Part shown: piece after piece, positions 39,179 to 53,056 of the stretch
How the letters are laid out: every line of letters starts with the position of its first letter
How positions within the stretch are numbered: the first letter of the stretch is position 1
DNA from: Octopus sinensis
Lineage: Eukaryota
Assembly: GCF_006345805.1 (NCBI RefSeq)
Contig: NC_043013.1
Location: 34,596,001 to 34,660,000 of the forward strand
DNA: 64,000 nucleotides
Reading direction: 5' to 3'
Notes under the pieces: generated by a model
What the model saw: the letters and a program-made list of their open reading frames with translations, nothing else
What the model was told of the DNA's origin: nothing
Database searches by the model: none
Made by a program: the position numbers and the translations under genes

Positions 39179-40533
39179 CATCCTCATCATCAGTAGCAGT
39201 AGAACCAGTAGAAGCAGCACATTTACCATTACAATCCATTTGATCCTTCTGTGTTCCAATGCCATCAAATGCCTGACCATTTCCCTACCCTAACCAAGAA
39301 TTAGAAAAAAATAAATTTCATAAAAAATATATCTCATTCTGGAGCTCTGAACATGCAATAGAAGCTCACACACTCCAGGTTTTTTTTTTTTACAGGCTTT
39401 ATTTTTTCTCATAGAAATCTATGGAATATCTATGCATTGCAGATATTGAAATGCAATATCTGAGTTAAATACAAGACCTAAATGCTGCCATTAACATTGC
39501 ACTCTCTCACTATAATGAGGGAGCCACTGTGTAATTGCTTGAACTAATAGAAATATCAAACTAAATCTCTTTTCTATCACACACTAATCTTTATTCATTT
39601 GTTTCTTTACTCATATATGCATCAATTTTTTTTACGGCAGCATGAGTTAGACAAATATATTATTGAAGCATTGTTTTACATCTACATGCCGTTCTTGTTG
39701 CTAACACTTTCCTGTTTTTCAAATAAGAGATCTTTTATGTCACACATCTTTGAAGGTATGAAGCCAGCAGAAGACTTGTTGATAGGAGAAAGAAAAAAAA
39801 TATATGATGGAACCAGCACTACTTGAAACTTGATGCTTTTGGGAGAAGCACATTACATTTGCACTTCTCCAAAAGTTGCTGAGCTACAAGCAATGTTGTA
39901 AAGACACTCACACACACACAGACACACACACACACAATATATACATTTATGTGTATCTCTATGACAAGCTGCTTTAAATCTCTTTCTATCAAATCTGTTC
40001 ATATGGCTTTAGTCAGCCTGGGGTTATAGTAAAAGATTCTTGCTCAAGTTGCTATGGTTACAGAATTTGAACCTGAACCCATGCCATTGGGAAGTAAATT
40101 TCTTAAACTACACAGCCATGCCAGCACTTATTAATATCTTTAAAAATAAAAAATCAAACGGGATGGTCACATTGTGGTTTTTAGTCTGGAATATTCTATG
40201 GCTGAGCAGAAAATTTGGGATGGTCATGGTGGGATGTCTTTGGTGATAAGTTTACTTAATTAGACTTAATATTGTTGGCTAAACAACAGCTGCTGTTATA
40301 TGCTATTTTATTTGATTCTGTAAGCATTGCTGAAGAAAGAGACACTCTCAGACAAACTCCTCATTCAGGTTCCATCTGTGATGAAGAAGGGAAAGAATTA
40401 GGTAAAGAAATGTTTCAATGAATCCGCTTGGTAAGATATCCTGTCCTCCCCATACACACACAGGCTTGCTCACACACATGCATGCATACAAATACATGCA
40501 CACATACATACAAACATACACACACACATAGAC

Positions 40534-40674
40534 ATAAGAACCCAGGTTCAAAATTTCCCCAAGACACCTGATGAAGGCTGGAGGGTATATCAGCCAAAAT
40601 GTTGTGTTAACAACAAAGAAGATGAGGACAAATAAATATTCATCAAATGTAAATAATGTAAATAATGTAGTTCC
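40534..40674 (+). mobile_element. Penelope-like pLTR fragment (family HH1) with a decayed hammerhead at 40563-40608
   Basis: GACAC-CTGATGA-A-GGCTG-loop-CAGCC-AAAA-TGTT-GTGTT (CCGAAACG changed to CCAAAATG), followed by TGTAAATAA repeats. Homologous to 47356-47612. Confidence 0.7.
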
Positions 40675-40830
40675 TTAGATTTCTTAATCCTTAAGATGAT
40701 AGGTTCTATTTCCTAAGCTCTAGATTACCAGCTCAGCAAATACACAAACTTCATAGGTTTTAAATATTCAACTAAATATTCAACTGAGGGAGCAAAGGAA
40801 TTTAGTTATTCTTGTTGAGTAGCTGAGTCA

Positions 40831-41215
40831 CGCAGGAGTAGCTGTGTGGTAAATAGCTTGCTTACCAGCCACATGGTTCCGGGTTCAGTCCTACTGCGTG
40901 GCACCTTGAGCAAGTGTCTTCTACTATAGCCTAGGGCCGACCAAAGCCTTGTTAGTGGATTTGGTAGATGGAAACTGAAAGAAGCCCACTGTATATATGT
41001 ATATATATATATACATGTTTGTGTGTTTGTCCCACCCCCAACATTGCTTGACCACTGATGCTGGTGTGTTTACGTCCCTGTAACTTAGCAGTTCAGCAAA
41101 AGAGACCAATAGAATAAGTACTGGGCTTACAAAGAATAAGTCCTGGGGTCGATTTGCTCGACTAAAGGCAGTGCTCCAGCATGGCCACAGTCAAATGACT
41201 GAAACAAGTACAAGA
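40831..41215 (+). mobile_element. Full-length S1 SINE
   Basis: Same structure as the other S1 copies. Confidence 0.85.
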
Positions 41216-42708
41216 ATGAAAGAATGGAGGTGGCAATGAAATACCACACACTTGGAAGTACACATCTATTGAGTACTGACTGAAAGAGTATGATCATGAA
41301 CACAAATGGCCAAAATGGGGTTCCTTCGCAGGAAGTAACATTACTTGACAGGGTGCATAGCTTGGAGATCAAAAAATCTCTTTCTAGATCCAGCTACTAC
41401 TTCTCTACATTGAGAGGTAACGACACCAGTACTATGGACTTGTGATTAGAATGTTACAGGAAGACAGATTCTTCAAGCCAAGACAACTGGCAGGAGAACT
41501 AGGAGTAGGTAGGTAAAGTAAAGGTTACCTTCTCAAATCATACCAACTTATAAGAGCTGGTTTCTTCATTTCCATGGAGTATATATCTTCCACCGAATGA
41601 GATGCCAGTCTGTTCCAGGGTTGCTCATTTTTGCCAGCTGAGTGGATTGGATCAACATGAAAAGAACATAATGCATCGTCCAGTCCAGGAATTGAAACCG
41701 CAATCTTACCATCATGAGTCCAACACCCTAACCGCTAAGCCATGTGCCCCCACACCTAGGAGTAGGTCAAAAATGCAATTCTTGGATAGCCATATACTCA
41801 GTTGGTCATTCTTTGGAATTCAGTTGGAATGTCTAATAATGGTTACTTTTAATAGAACCCTATGGAGATGGTGCTTGAGGACTCTACTCCTGCAACCTTC
41901 TCAGGAACGGTCGGCAGAGGAAAGGGAATTGATGGGTAGTACTTGTAAGTCTTAGATGTGTTTTGATGTAACTGTCAGAAGAGAAAGTGATGCTCATGGC
42001 TCTTTAAAGGGCATCCCACACTGGTGAGAGTGAGGAAGGAGGGTATCTTGAAATCAAAAAGACTGGGCCCAAATATTTGTAACAGAGTGTGTCCTGATAA
42101 AGGCCCCAAAGGACAGGGGGATGAAATGTTCTGCCGCAGTGGTTTTGGCCTGACTTATTTGACATTTCTGATTTGAGGATGACTTTCTTGGCATCAGACA
42201 TTTTAATGTTTCTGTCGTTCTCCGCTTCCCTGTCTCCCTCCCTCCTGCTTTTCTCCTTTTACCCTTCCTTCTGCCTCTCCTTCTACCTCCCCTTCTATCT
42301 GATTATATGTAGGCATGTTTCTTTTTATGTGACGGAGGAGCGGGGAAAATGTTTATATCAACTATTTTCATTTAATACATTGTAATGTCTCTCTCACCCA
42401 GTCTCTCTCTCTCTCTTGCTCACTCAGTATCTCTCTCTCTCTCAGTCTCTCTCTCACTTTCTTTGAATCTTCATCTACCACTCTCACACTCTCTTTCTTA
42501 CTCTCTCTCTCACCCCCTCTGTCTGTCTAGCTGTCTGTCTCTCTCTCTCTCTTCATTTTTCTCTCACTCTCTCATTCTGTCTGTCTGTCTGGTTCTTTCT
42601 CTCTCTCTTTCTCTCACTCAGTATCTCTCTCTCTCACTCTCTTTGAATCTTCATCTGCCTCTCTCTTTCACATTCTCTTTCTCACTCTCTTTCACTCTCT
42701 CCTCTGTG

Positions 42709-42740
<32 letters not shown>

Positions 42741-43934
42741 ACTTTGTCTGTCTGGCTGTCTCCCTCTCTCTCTCTCTCTCTTCCTTTTTCTCTCACTCTG
42801 TCTACCTAGTTGTCTCTCACTCTCTTATTCTGCCTTTCTGTCTGGTTGTTTCTCTTTCTCTTTCTCTCACTCAGTGTCTCTCTATCACTTTGTCTGTCTG
42901 GCTGTCTCCCTCTCCCCCCTATCTCTCCCTCTGTGTTTATGTGTGTACAAGAACATTGTCTTTTATGCAGCTGAGGAGAGGGTAAGCATTTGTATCAATC
43001 GTTTTCAATAAATAAAATGCAACGTCTTCCTCTTTTTCTCATTTACTCTCTCACTCAGCAAGTCTTGGTCTCTCTCTCTCTCTCTCTGTATATTTCTTTT
43101 TTATGTGTCTGAGGAGAAGGTTAGTGTTTATATAAATTATTTTCAATAAATAAATCATAACATCTCTTTCTCTCTTCTTCTTTCTTCCACGCTCTCTATC
43201 AGTATATGTATATTTCTGCACATATGTACGTACACACGTGTGTGTGTGTGTGTATGTTTGCCTCTGGTGCCAAAATGTACTATCCCCAAAACAACTTCAG
43301 TGTCTAGTCAGCTGTGTCAAACCACCAGTGTCCAAACAGCCATGACCAGTTGTCTTCGTTCACAAGGATTGGTTGGTGAAGTTAGTGTTAAACCATGCTA
43401 CAGATTAAGTAGGGTGGGATACAAACACAGAACACAAGACACACAATTAATACCCCAAGGCATCCTAACTAACATTTCAGCTATTCAAAAAGTCCCACCC
43501 ACTCTAGATTGCTAATATAGCTATCATCTCATTTATTTCCGCTCCAGGCAAAATGCTTAGTGGCATTTTGTCTGTCTTTAGGTTCTGAGTTCGAATGGCA
43601 CTGGGTTCAGCTTCGCCTTTCATTCTTTTGGGGTCAATAAATTAAGTACTAGTTAAGCATGGGGATTGATCTAATCGACCCAACCCCTCCCTCAAAATTG
43701 CTGGCCTTGTGCCAAAATTTAAAACTGGTATATTCATCACCCCTGGAACAATGAAAGGCAAAGCTAACTTCAACATGATTTGAACTGAAGAAAATATGAC
43801 AAGGCATTTTGTGCACTGCTCTCACATCTCAGCCAGTTTGCAACCTGTTTGGAAATAACTTTACTTATAAATTAGCATCATGTTGCAACTGGTACTGCAG
43901 AATTCTAAATAATGTCTTAAAAACTTGTATTTCA

Positions 43935-44145
43935 GCCATGACTGGCTCCCATGCCATTGGCATGTGAAAAGCACCCACTACACTCTTGGAGTGGTTGGTG
44001 TTAGGAAGGGCATCCAGCTGTAGAAACATTGCCATATCAGATTGGAGCCTGGTGCAGCCTCCTAGCTTACTAGTCTCCAGTCAAACTGTCCAACCCATGC
44101 CAGCATGGAAAACGGTGGATGTTAAATGATGATGATGATGATGAT
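43935..44145 (+). mobile_element. S2 SINE-like copy
   Basis: S2 body plus (ATG)n tail. Confidence 0.75.
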
Positions 44146-44719
44146 TTTGTGTATGTATGTCCCCATTCGTATACTCATAGTTATGTGTCTGAGTTTAAGT
44201 AAATATATATACTTATAATTAATACTTAAGAAATACAAAAGAATTATTTAACAATGTATGACAAATTACCATTTTTCATGAATCAGTATTTTTCCAAAAT
44301 TATTTCAAAATTAGTTATTAGATAAAATAGATATTAGATGAAAGAGAGACTCTTGCTTAATTAGACGTAGTAATTATATAAACATTGGAGCATAATTAGG
44401 CATTTAAATGTTTATATCGATTCGGTTTACTCAGTATATTTGTTTGTGTGTGGGTCTATCTATCTATCAATCTGTCTATCTATCTCACACTCTCTATATA
44501 TAAAAAGTTACATATGTAAACACACACGCACATATACACACACATACACATATGGGTGTATATGTGTCTATGTATGTATGTATATGTGTGTTTGTTTATA
44601 TATTTATATTCAGGGAACTCCATAAGCAAGACAGTGTTTAAATGTAATTAGGAATCGGACACACTTATACAACACAAGGTATTATTGCATATACATGCAT
44701 ACATATATTACATATGCAT

Positions 44720-44755
<36 letters not shown>

Positions 44756-45391
44756 TTATATTTTTATTTATCACATATATATATATATATGCACGTACAC
44801 TCACACATATATATATGAGGTGCTCATGTATATGTAAATATATAGAGATGCAAATGTATCTATATATATCTACGTGTGTAGACATACTCGTGCTTGACTG
44901 TGTGTCTATATACACACATCAACAAATGTTCATTCATTCATTTATTTATATATTTAATATAATTAACTATAGGATTTTTTTTTACATTTGTACTCGCACA
45001 ATTTCATAATGATGAATATAGCTAATTGAATTGATATCTAGAATAATTACAGGTACCATTTTATTAACTCTGTAGGAAATGAAAAGCAAAGCTGACCCTT
45101 CTGGCAGAGTCTGAACTTAGGACCTGAAGTGATTTAACCAAGTATCATAAAGTATTCCATTTGAAAATCTATTGATTCTGCCTACAGATTCCTTGATAAC
45201 AATTCTGCTATTTCTACCAAGTCAGAGACTAAGGGTTCTGAAAAATTTTAATATCCAGACCAGAACCAAAACCTGGATATTTTTAGGGGGTTGTACAAAA
45301 AATAGTAAGACACAAGTTGGTTAAGTGGTTGGCATTTGGAAGGGCATCCAACTGTAAAAATAGAGCCAAAATGCAGACTTTTATCCCCTAA

Positions 45392-45551
45392 TGCAGGAGT
45401 GGTTGTGTGGTAAGTAGCTTGCTTACCAACCACATGGCTCCGGGTTCAGTTTCACTGTGTGGTACCTTGGGTATGTGTCTTCTACTATAGCCTCGGGCCA
45501 ACCAAAGCCTTGCGAGTGGATTTGGTAGACGGAAACTGAAAGAAGCCCGTC

Positions 45552-45583
<32 letters not shown>

Positions 45584-45805
45584 GTGTGTGTGTGTTAGTA
45601 TGTCCTTGTTTGTCCACCCAACATTGCTTGACAACTGATGCTGGTGTGTTTACATCCTCATAACTTAGCAGTTCATCAAGAGACCGATAGAATAAGTAGT
45701 AGGCTTACAAAGAATAAGTACTGGAGTGAATTTGCTCGACTAAAGGCGGTGCTCCACCCGCATGGCTACAGTCAAAAGACTGAAACAAGTAAAAGAGTAA
45801 AAGAG
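45392..45805 (+). mobile_element. Full-length S1 SINE
   Basis: Same structure as the other S1 copies. Confidence 0.85.
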
Positions 45806-46896
45806 AGAGAGAGAGTAAGAGAGAGTACCTGTATTAAACCACTCCAAAAAGTTGGAGTTTATAAGACTGAAAAAGGCACCAAAACGTTCCTATAATCAGA
45901 ATTGTCTTTAAAAAAATGGAAGAATAGACACATTAAATAATGTAGTTGCAGATGCAATGTATGAACAAAAGATGGGATGGCCTCAGCTGGAAGGTCTTTG
46001 GTCATAAGACTGTTTGATAAAGGCTGATCTGTACATAAAAACACAGAGGTCTTGTATGTGGTCGATCAATTTACTAAAAGTAGCAGCTAAATCTTCCAAA
46101 AATTCACTCTTTATTCTCTTAAAAATATACAGATTGAAATTCTAGATGCCCAACTTCTAAAAGGAATAACAACAAGTTAGTTATGGGTAGAATACATTTA
46201 AGCATAGATCTGCTAAGTCGAGGTTTGGTTATGACACAAAGAAGAACAACATCGTAATCAATGTCAAATCATTATTGAGAATATGAGTATTTAACGAAGA
46301 ATGTTAATCTAGTATTTCAATTGACTTTTGGAAAAAATTATGAGCTTCCTGATGACCCCTTGACCATGCAAGTGTCCATAGAAGTAAGGAACCGACTTAC
46401 TATAAATATACGTTGGAGCAACATACAAACGTGTGTGTGTGCATGTACGTATGTGTGTGTGTGTGTGTGTGCGTGTATGTGTGCATGTGTATGTGTGTGT
46501 GGTGTGTGTGTATGATCGTGTGTGTGTGTGCATGTGTGTGCTTGTGCATGTGTGTATGGGTATGTATGTGTGTGCGTGTGTGCATGTGAGCATGTGTGTG
46601 CGTGTGTATGTATATGTTTATGTCTGCATGTGTGCTTGTGTGTGTGTACATGCATGTATGTGTATACGTGTGCATGCGTGTGCTTGTATGTGTGTGCATG
46701 TGTGTGTGTGGCTGTGTTTGTCCTTCACCACTGTTTGGTAACTAGTGTTGGTGTGTTTACGCTCACATAACTTAACAGTTTGGCAAAAAGAGACTGAGAG
46801 AATAAGTGCCAAATTTTTTAAAAAAAGAAAAGAATCTGAGATCAATTCATTCAACTTAAGATTCTGCAAGGCTCTGCCCAAGCATGGTGGCTGTCT

Positions 46897-46897
46897 A

Positions 46898-46928
<31 letters not shown>

Positions 46929-47050
46929 TCATTGTCATCAAAATCATCATCAGCATCATCAAAATCTTCATCATCGAAATCATCATCATCAGCAAAATCA
47001 TCATCATCATCAAAATCATCATCATCATCATAATCATCACCATCATCATC

Positions 47051-47084
<34 letters not shown>

Positions 47085-47245
47085 TCATTATCATCATCAT
47101 TTAAAGTCAGTTTTCTATTCTGGCATGGGTTAAATGACTTGACAGGAACTGGCAAGGCTGGTGGGGGCCACACCAGGCTTTATTGTCAATTTCTACTACT
47201 GGATGCCCTTCCTAATGCCAACCACTTTACCGAATGCATTTACAT
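46897..47245 (-). mobile_element. S2 fragment with a hyper-expanded compound (GAT)n tail
   Basis: 46897-47100 is (ATC)n with in-phase AAA, AGC and ACC interruptions, contiguous with the S2 body at 47100-47245. Confidence 0.7.
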
Positions 47246-47355
47246 GGTACTATAGTTTTAGGATCTCAAAAAAAGCAAAAGATAAAAGAAAGATATATAT
47301 GCATATATAAACAGAGAAATTATTATTTCTAAATCTCTGAACAAGAAACATTCAC

Positions 47356-47612
47356 ATTATGTACATTATTTACATTATTTACATTATTTACAATTGATGA
47401 ATATTTGTCCTCATCTTATTTGTTGTTAACACAATGTTTCGGCTGATTACCCTCCAGCCTTCATCAGGTGTCTTGAGGAAATTTTGAACCTGGGTTCTCA
47501 TTACTAGGGTGCTCATTCCTAAGGTTGTGTTAACAACAAGATGAGGACAAATAGCTGTCAAATGTAAATAATGTAAATAATATACATAATTCCTCATCTC
47601 TTAAATATAGAA
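47356..47612. mobile_element. Penelope-like pLTR (HH1) with an inverted partial duplication
   Basis: 47356-47433 is the reverse complement of 47524-47590. A hammerhead lies on the minus strand at 47428-47472. Confidence 0.7.
47428..47472 (-). ncRNA. Minimal type I hammerhead motif (HH1), core intact, one stem III mismatch
   Basis: GACAC-CTGATGA-A-GGCTG-GAGGGTAAT-CAGCC-GAAA-C-ATT-GTGTT. The expected ACGT palindrome has become ACAT. Confidence 0.65.
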
Positions 47613-47701
47613 TGGAAGAAACATTCAGTAACAGTATTCTAGAGTAAAGATTATTTGCCAACATAATGTGGTATTCCTGGTTAGGATCAATATTACTGTT
47701 A

Positions 47702-47866
47702 TTTAGCTCCAGGAAGCATTGTCTCCAGCTGGTTATTGACTATCAATACACTATCTGCCTCCTTATATTTTCAAACAAAGGAGTTTGGACACTAAAGTCC
47801 TTTTCTCGAAAAGGACACAGATAGTATGTTGATAGCCAGCTGGAGATGATGTTTCCTGTGGCTAAA
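47702..47866. mobile_element. Stowaway-like MITE (TIR of about 35 bp, TA TSD)
   Basis: TA|TTTAGCTCCAGGAAGCATTGTCTCCAGCTGG ... CCAGCTGGAGATGATGTTTCCTGTGGCTAAA|TA. Confidence 0.65.
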
Positions 47867-48606
47867 TAATATTAAAATTCATCCTAACATTCATCCTGTG
47901 TTTTTCTGTTTATATTTGACCCCTATGATCACTTGGCAATTGTTGTTTGTGTGTTTACATAGCCATAACTTAGCAGTTCAGCTAAAGAGACTGACACTGA
48001 CCAAAGCCTTGTGAGTGTACTTTATAGACAGAACTGAAAGAAGCCTGTCATATATACGTGTGTGTGTGTGTGTGTGTGTCTTTGCTTCTGTGTTTGCCCC
48101 TCCAGCACCACTAAACAACTGGTACCAGTGTGTTTATGTCCCCGTAACTTAGCGGTTCAGCAAAAAGGACTGATAGAATAAGTATCAGGCTTTAAAAACA
48201 AAAAAGTACTGGGGTTGATACATTCGACTACTAAAAGTTCTTTTAGGTGGTGCTCCAGGATGGCCACAGTCTAACGACTGAAAAAAGCAAAAGATAAAAG
48301 ATAATATACATATATGTTTGTATGTATGTATGTATTTATGTTTTTTGCATGTATAATGGAATATTAAGAATAACAATAAAAAGTGCCTGTGATAAAGCAG
48401 AAAAATGTAAAGACGAAAAAATTGGAGTCAATTGAGTTTATAGAGGCTTTTGAAAACAGTGAGTTAGGAATATTCTTGAAATGTTTTTAATGGAGAATAT
48501 ATAATTAGTACTTGAGGTAGAAGGAAGATGCCAATAAAACATTGCTTCATTTCTTTAAAGAATAAAAGAAGACAAAAAAAATGAAGAAGTCTTTCAGAAA
48601 TAAGTT

Positions 48607-48640
<34 letters not shown>

Positions 48641-48749
48641 GAGTATATGGTTTTTAATACATATTTGTAATATATGTAATTATATATGTGTGTTTGGATG
48701 TTTGGGTGCATATATATGTATATAATTGAATGCGTGTGTATGTATGTGG

Positions 48750-48781
<32 letters not shown>

Positions 48782-48856
48782 GAATATGTATGCTTGCACA
48801 GACACACACATATATGCTCTCACAATGAAATGTATACAAATGTGTTTATATATATA

Positions 48857-48890
<34 letters not shown>

Positions 48891-49274
48891 GAGAGAGAGC
48901 GTGAGAGAGGGAGAGAGAGATACAGAGTTTCTGGGGAAAAGAGACTGATTTATATAAGCAAAAGATACAGAAACACTAATAATATTTTTTTTTAAATATA
49001 TATAATGTGGAATCATTCCTTGAAGTTCATTCTTAAATTTTGTTCCAATTATTTATATTTTGGAAAATAAAAGAAATATATTTATTAGTGAATGAATGGA
49101 ACCTAAATAAAACAAACGAACAAGCAAAAAAAAACCCATTACACACACACACATACACACACATGTTCAAGTATACATACATACACATCATCAATGTGTT
49201 GCAAGCTATAGATGCTTGTAAGTACTGATATGATAATAGATATAATGTGCAGGTGTACATATACATATATATAC

Positions 49275-49305
<31 letters not shown>

Positions 49306-49591
49306 CATTATATATTATATACATATATATATATATATATATATAATATATGAATGTGTATGTATAAAGACAACCAGAAGGATATGTATGTATGTAGATG
49401 CTACAAATATTTAACATATCTGTAAGTAATTATTATAAGTACATATACATTTCTTATTATGCTTTTCTTTTTTATATAGAAATTTATAATATGTAAGAGT
49501 ATAATTCCTGTATATACTTCTATTGTACATTTATGATTATATGTCTTCCTCAGTGTGTATGCATGAGCATGTGAATGTGTATGCATGTGTG

Positions 49592-49645
<54 letters not shown>

Positions 49646-49676
49646 TAAATTGTGTATGTATTTGTATGAATCTTTG

Positions 49677-49720
<44 letters not shown>

Positions 49721-49918
49721 CTATATCTATATTACAGAGAAAGAGAGGGAGGAGGAGAGAGAGAGGGAGCTATGACCCAAACCAAATTAGTCATTATTCT
49801 TGCAAATTATTGGTAACAGGTAACATTTGCCATGGGGATTCTTGTTTTGCAAACTGAAAATAGATTGTCTAAAAGAAAAATTTCTCAAAATATGGTAATA
49901 TATATATGTATATATATG

Positions 49919-49950
<32 letters not shown>

Positions 49951-50876
49951 TGTATGTATGTATGTATGTATGTTTGTATGTGTCTGTATTTGTGTGTGTG
50001 TATATATATATACATACATATATATATATATATGTATATAAGGTTTCCTTTAAAAATAAAATACCAGACAAACATCATCAGCATTGTTGTTTTTTGAATG
50101 TATGAGTGCCTTCCTCGTCCTAATTATCAATAAATATAATAATACGTGGAAACAAATACACAAACACAGACAACTACATACATACACACACACACACATT
50201 AACCATGCATGCTGACATAAATACATACATATTAAAACTCATACAGATGTATATACATCAACCAATAATAGAAGGAGCACCAAACAACAGCCACTCAGAC
50301 TGTGTAGCAATTAAACAGATAGATATGTTGTTTATTGTACTCAGAATTTCACTGCATGTGTAATTTTTGTCTGTATATTTTATACATACATAAATTATAT
50401 TAGGTTATATTATATATACATATAAGTTAAATTTATAAAGAATTGGGAATAATTCCATGCCTTAAAGATATTCCTTAATATAATGAAAGTAAAGAAAACA
50501 TATGACATCTTCTTTCTATATTTAAGTTCTTGAAGGTTAAGTGCCAAAGTTTGGTGTACACCATTAGATAAATCAGAGATCAGAAAGACACGATCGATAG
50601 TCAAATGTCTCAAAGTCTCATCAAACTGCCAATCAATCAACTAAAAGTTTTCTTTTAAATAAATAATAAAGCCATATTACAATTGTTTTGCATTCTGGAA
50701 TGTCTCAATTGTTTCATGAAACATGGGAAGAGTTATTCAACCAATTTTGATGGTGTTACTGCTGTACAGATAATAATTTGTAGACAAGAATGGAGATGAA
50801 AATAAGTTGATCTGAATGACCAAGTAGCAGAGGTTCATTCGTAAATATTCTACAGTTTCTTAGACACATCACTACT

Positions 50877-50877
<1 letters not shown>

Positions 50878-50958
<81 letters not shown>

Positions 50959-50971
50959 GTCTGTCTGTCTG

Positions 50972-51049
<78 letters not shown>

Positions 51050-51066
51050 CCTACCTACCTACCTAC

Positions 51067-51145
<79 letters not shown>

Positions 51146-51500
51146 CCTATCTATCTATCTAGCTAGCTAGCTATCTACCTACATACCTACCTACCTAGTT
51201 ACATACCTACCTACCTACCTATCTATCTATCTGTCTTCTTACCTACCTACCTATCTATGTACCTACCTACCTACCTACCTACCTACCTATCTACCTATCT
51301 ATCTAACTTTCTACCTATCTACCTATCTATCCATCTACCTATCCATCTACCTATCTATCCATCTACCTATCTATTTATCTACCTAACTATCTACCTATAT
51401 ATCTATCTACCTACCTACCTATCTACCTATCTATCTTCCTGTCTGTCTGTCTGTTCATCTGTCTGTCTATCTATCTCTCTGTGTCTGTCTGTCGGTCTGT
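50878..51500. repeat. Compound (CTAT)n/(CTGT)n/(CCTA)n tetranucleotide array
   Basis: Read directly from the sequence. Confidence 0.95.
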
Positions 51501-51546
51501 CTATCTCTGTGTCTTCTATAGTTGTTACAAAGGTGTCTGTTCATTA

Positions 51547-51760
51547 AGGTGACAAGCTGGCAGAAACGTTAGCATGACAGGTTAAATGCTTAGAGCTATG
51601 TCATCTGTCTTTAAATTCTGAGTTCAAATTCTGCTGAGGTTGATTTTGCCTTTCATCTTTTCTAGGTCGATGAATTAAATACCAGTTGCACACTGAAGTC
51701 GATCTAATTGACTGGTCTCCCCCCCAAAAAAATTTCGGGCCTTGTGCCAAGAGTAGAAAA
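51547..51760 (+). mobile_element. S3 SINE
   Basis: Matches the S3 consensus. Confidence 0.75.
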
Positions 51761-52197
51761 TAAAAAGGTGTCTGTTCATCTCCACTAGTTAACTAGTTAT
51801 CTTCACTTGTATCACTTGCGCTCTACCTCACTTTCTAGATAGAATAGTTGTTCCTCGTGTGCTCATGCCTCATTTCTGCCTACCTAATTTCACTCATAAG
51901 CAGTGGTGTATGGTGGTTGTTGGGTGTACTTCCACACCCAGTGCCACCAAATTTCAAGCAGGAGTATAACAAAAGTTTTTCCATTAAGACCTGTAATTAA
52001 ATTAATGAGTAAGGTCAATATTTATAAAGAATTTGCCATTGTTGATGGGTGTGCAGCACACACCTGACACATGTAACTTTGAGATTTCATTGAAGTGACT
52101 GCATTTTTAAAATGACATTGTTGGGTAAGTATGAAAGACCACTTCCGGTCAGTTTGAATATAAAACAGGTAGAATATTTGCACCAGATATGACTAGT

Positions 52198-52405
52198 TTA
52201 ACCCTTCAGCATTCAGGCTGCTCAGTCAAATGTAATGCACATTTCTTCAGATTCTTTCAAATTAATCATGCATTATCTTGTAACTTTGAGATTTCAGAGT
52301 TGTGGCTTTACTTTTAGAAGGACATTGTGGGGTAGACATGAGAAGTCAGATATAAAGCACACAATCTATTTTCGGTTATGGCCAATTTAAATATTAAAGG
52401 ATTAA
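52198..52405. mobile_element. piggyBac-type MITE (TTAA TSD), preceded by a partial tandem copy at about 52070-52197
   Basis: TTAA|CCCTTCAGCATT ... AATATTAAAGGA|TTAA. The block TGTAACTTTGAGATTTCA occurs twice. Confidence 0.6.
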
Positions 52406-52525
52406 TGTTTGAATGCCAGTCAGTCAAGTGCTTCTCTGGATACACTCCAGGATGTCGATGCAAATAGTAACAACACCATCACTGGAGAGTGTGTAGTCAT
52501 TCTTCATAGACTTTCTTTGCTTTTA

Positions 52526-53056
52526 TTGGGTTGTCTAGAAAGTTCGTGCCAATTTATAGTAGCTTACCTTTCGACTTATTTTAGAGCATAGTTGAGTCCA
52601 TAAAATAGGATTTGACTACACCCCCATTTAGAGCACAGTTTAAGCTATTTTTTCATGGAAGAAGGTTTATGTTCCTATAACCTGTGTTAATTCTGTAACC
52701 CTTTAAAATGGAAGATAAGAAAGTTCATTTTCGGCATTTGATACTTTGGGAACCAGACAAAAATTGCTGCAGTTCACCAGATATTACTCCTTCGAATTTT
52801 CACTTATTCATGTCTCTGCAGAATAGTCTTAATGGTAAATTCCTTGGATGATGTAAAAAGATACCTTGATGAATTCTTTGCCATGAAACCACCTCAATTC
52901 TGAGAAGAGGGTATTTTCAAGTTAAAGGAAAGATGGAGATGCATTGTGCAACAAAATGGTTTGGTTCATATTTGTTTGATTAAAAATGTAATGGCAAGTA
53001 TTTATTGACCTTTTTCCTTCCTTTAAAAACCAGGACGAACTTTCCGGACAACACAA
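52526..53056 (+). mobile_element. Internally deleted mariner element with both TIRs
   Basis: TA|TTGGGTTGTCTAGAAAGTTCGTG ... GGACGAACTTTCCGGACAACACAA|TA. The remnant SPDITPSNFHLFMSLQNSLNGK...LDEFFAMKPPQF.EEGIFKLKERWRCIVQQNG corresponds to the mariner YSPDLAP.D region. Confidence 0.8.

Noticed and set aside
46345-46400. CTGATGA followed by CCCCTTGACC
   Set aside because: No downstream GAAA and no closing stems.
46618-47173. Asp-rich ORF resembling acidic biomineralisation proteins
   Set aside because: It is the expanded (GAT)n tail of an S2 copy, and its N-terminus is SINE sequence.
50410-50640. 76-aa minus-strand ORF after TTTTAG
   Set aside because: No donor before the stop and no recognisable motif. 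Chance cannot be excluded.
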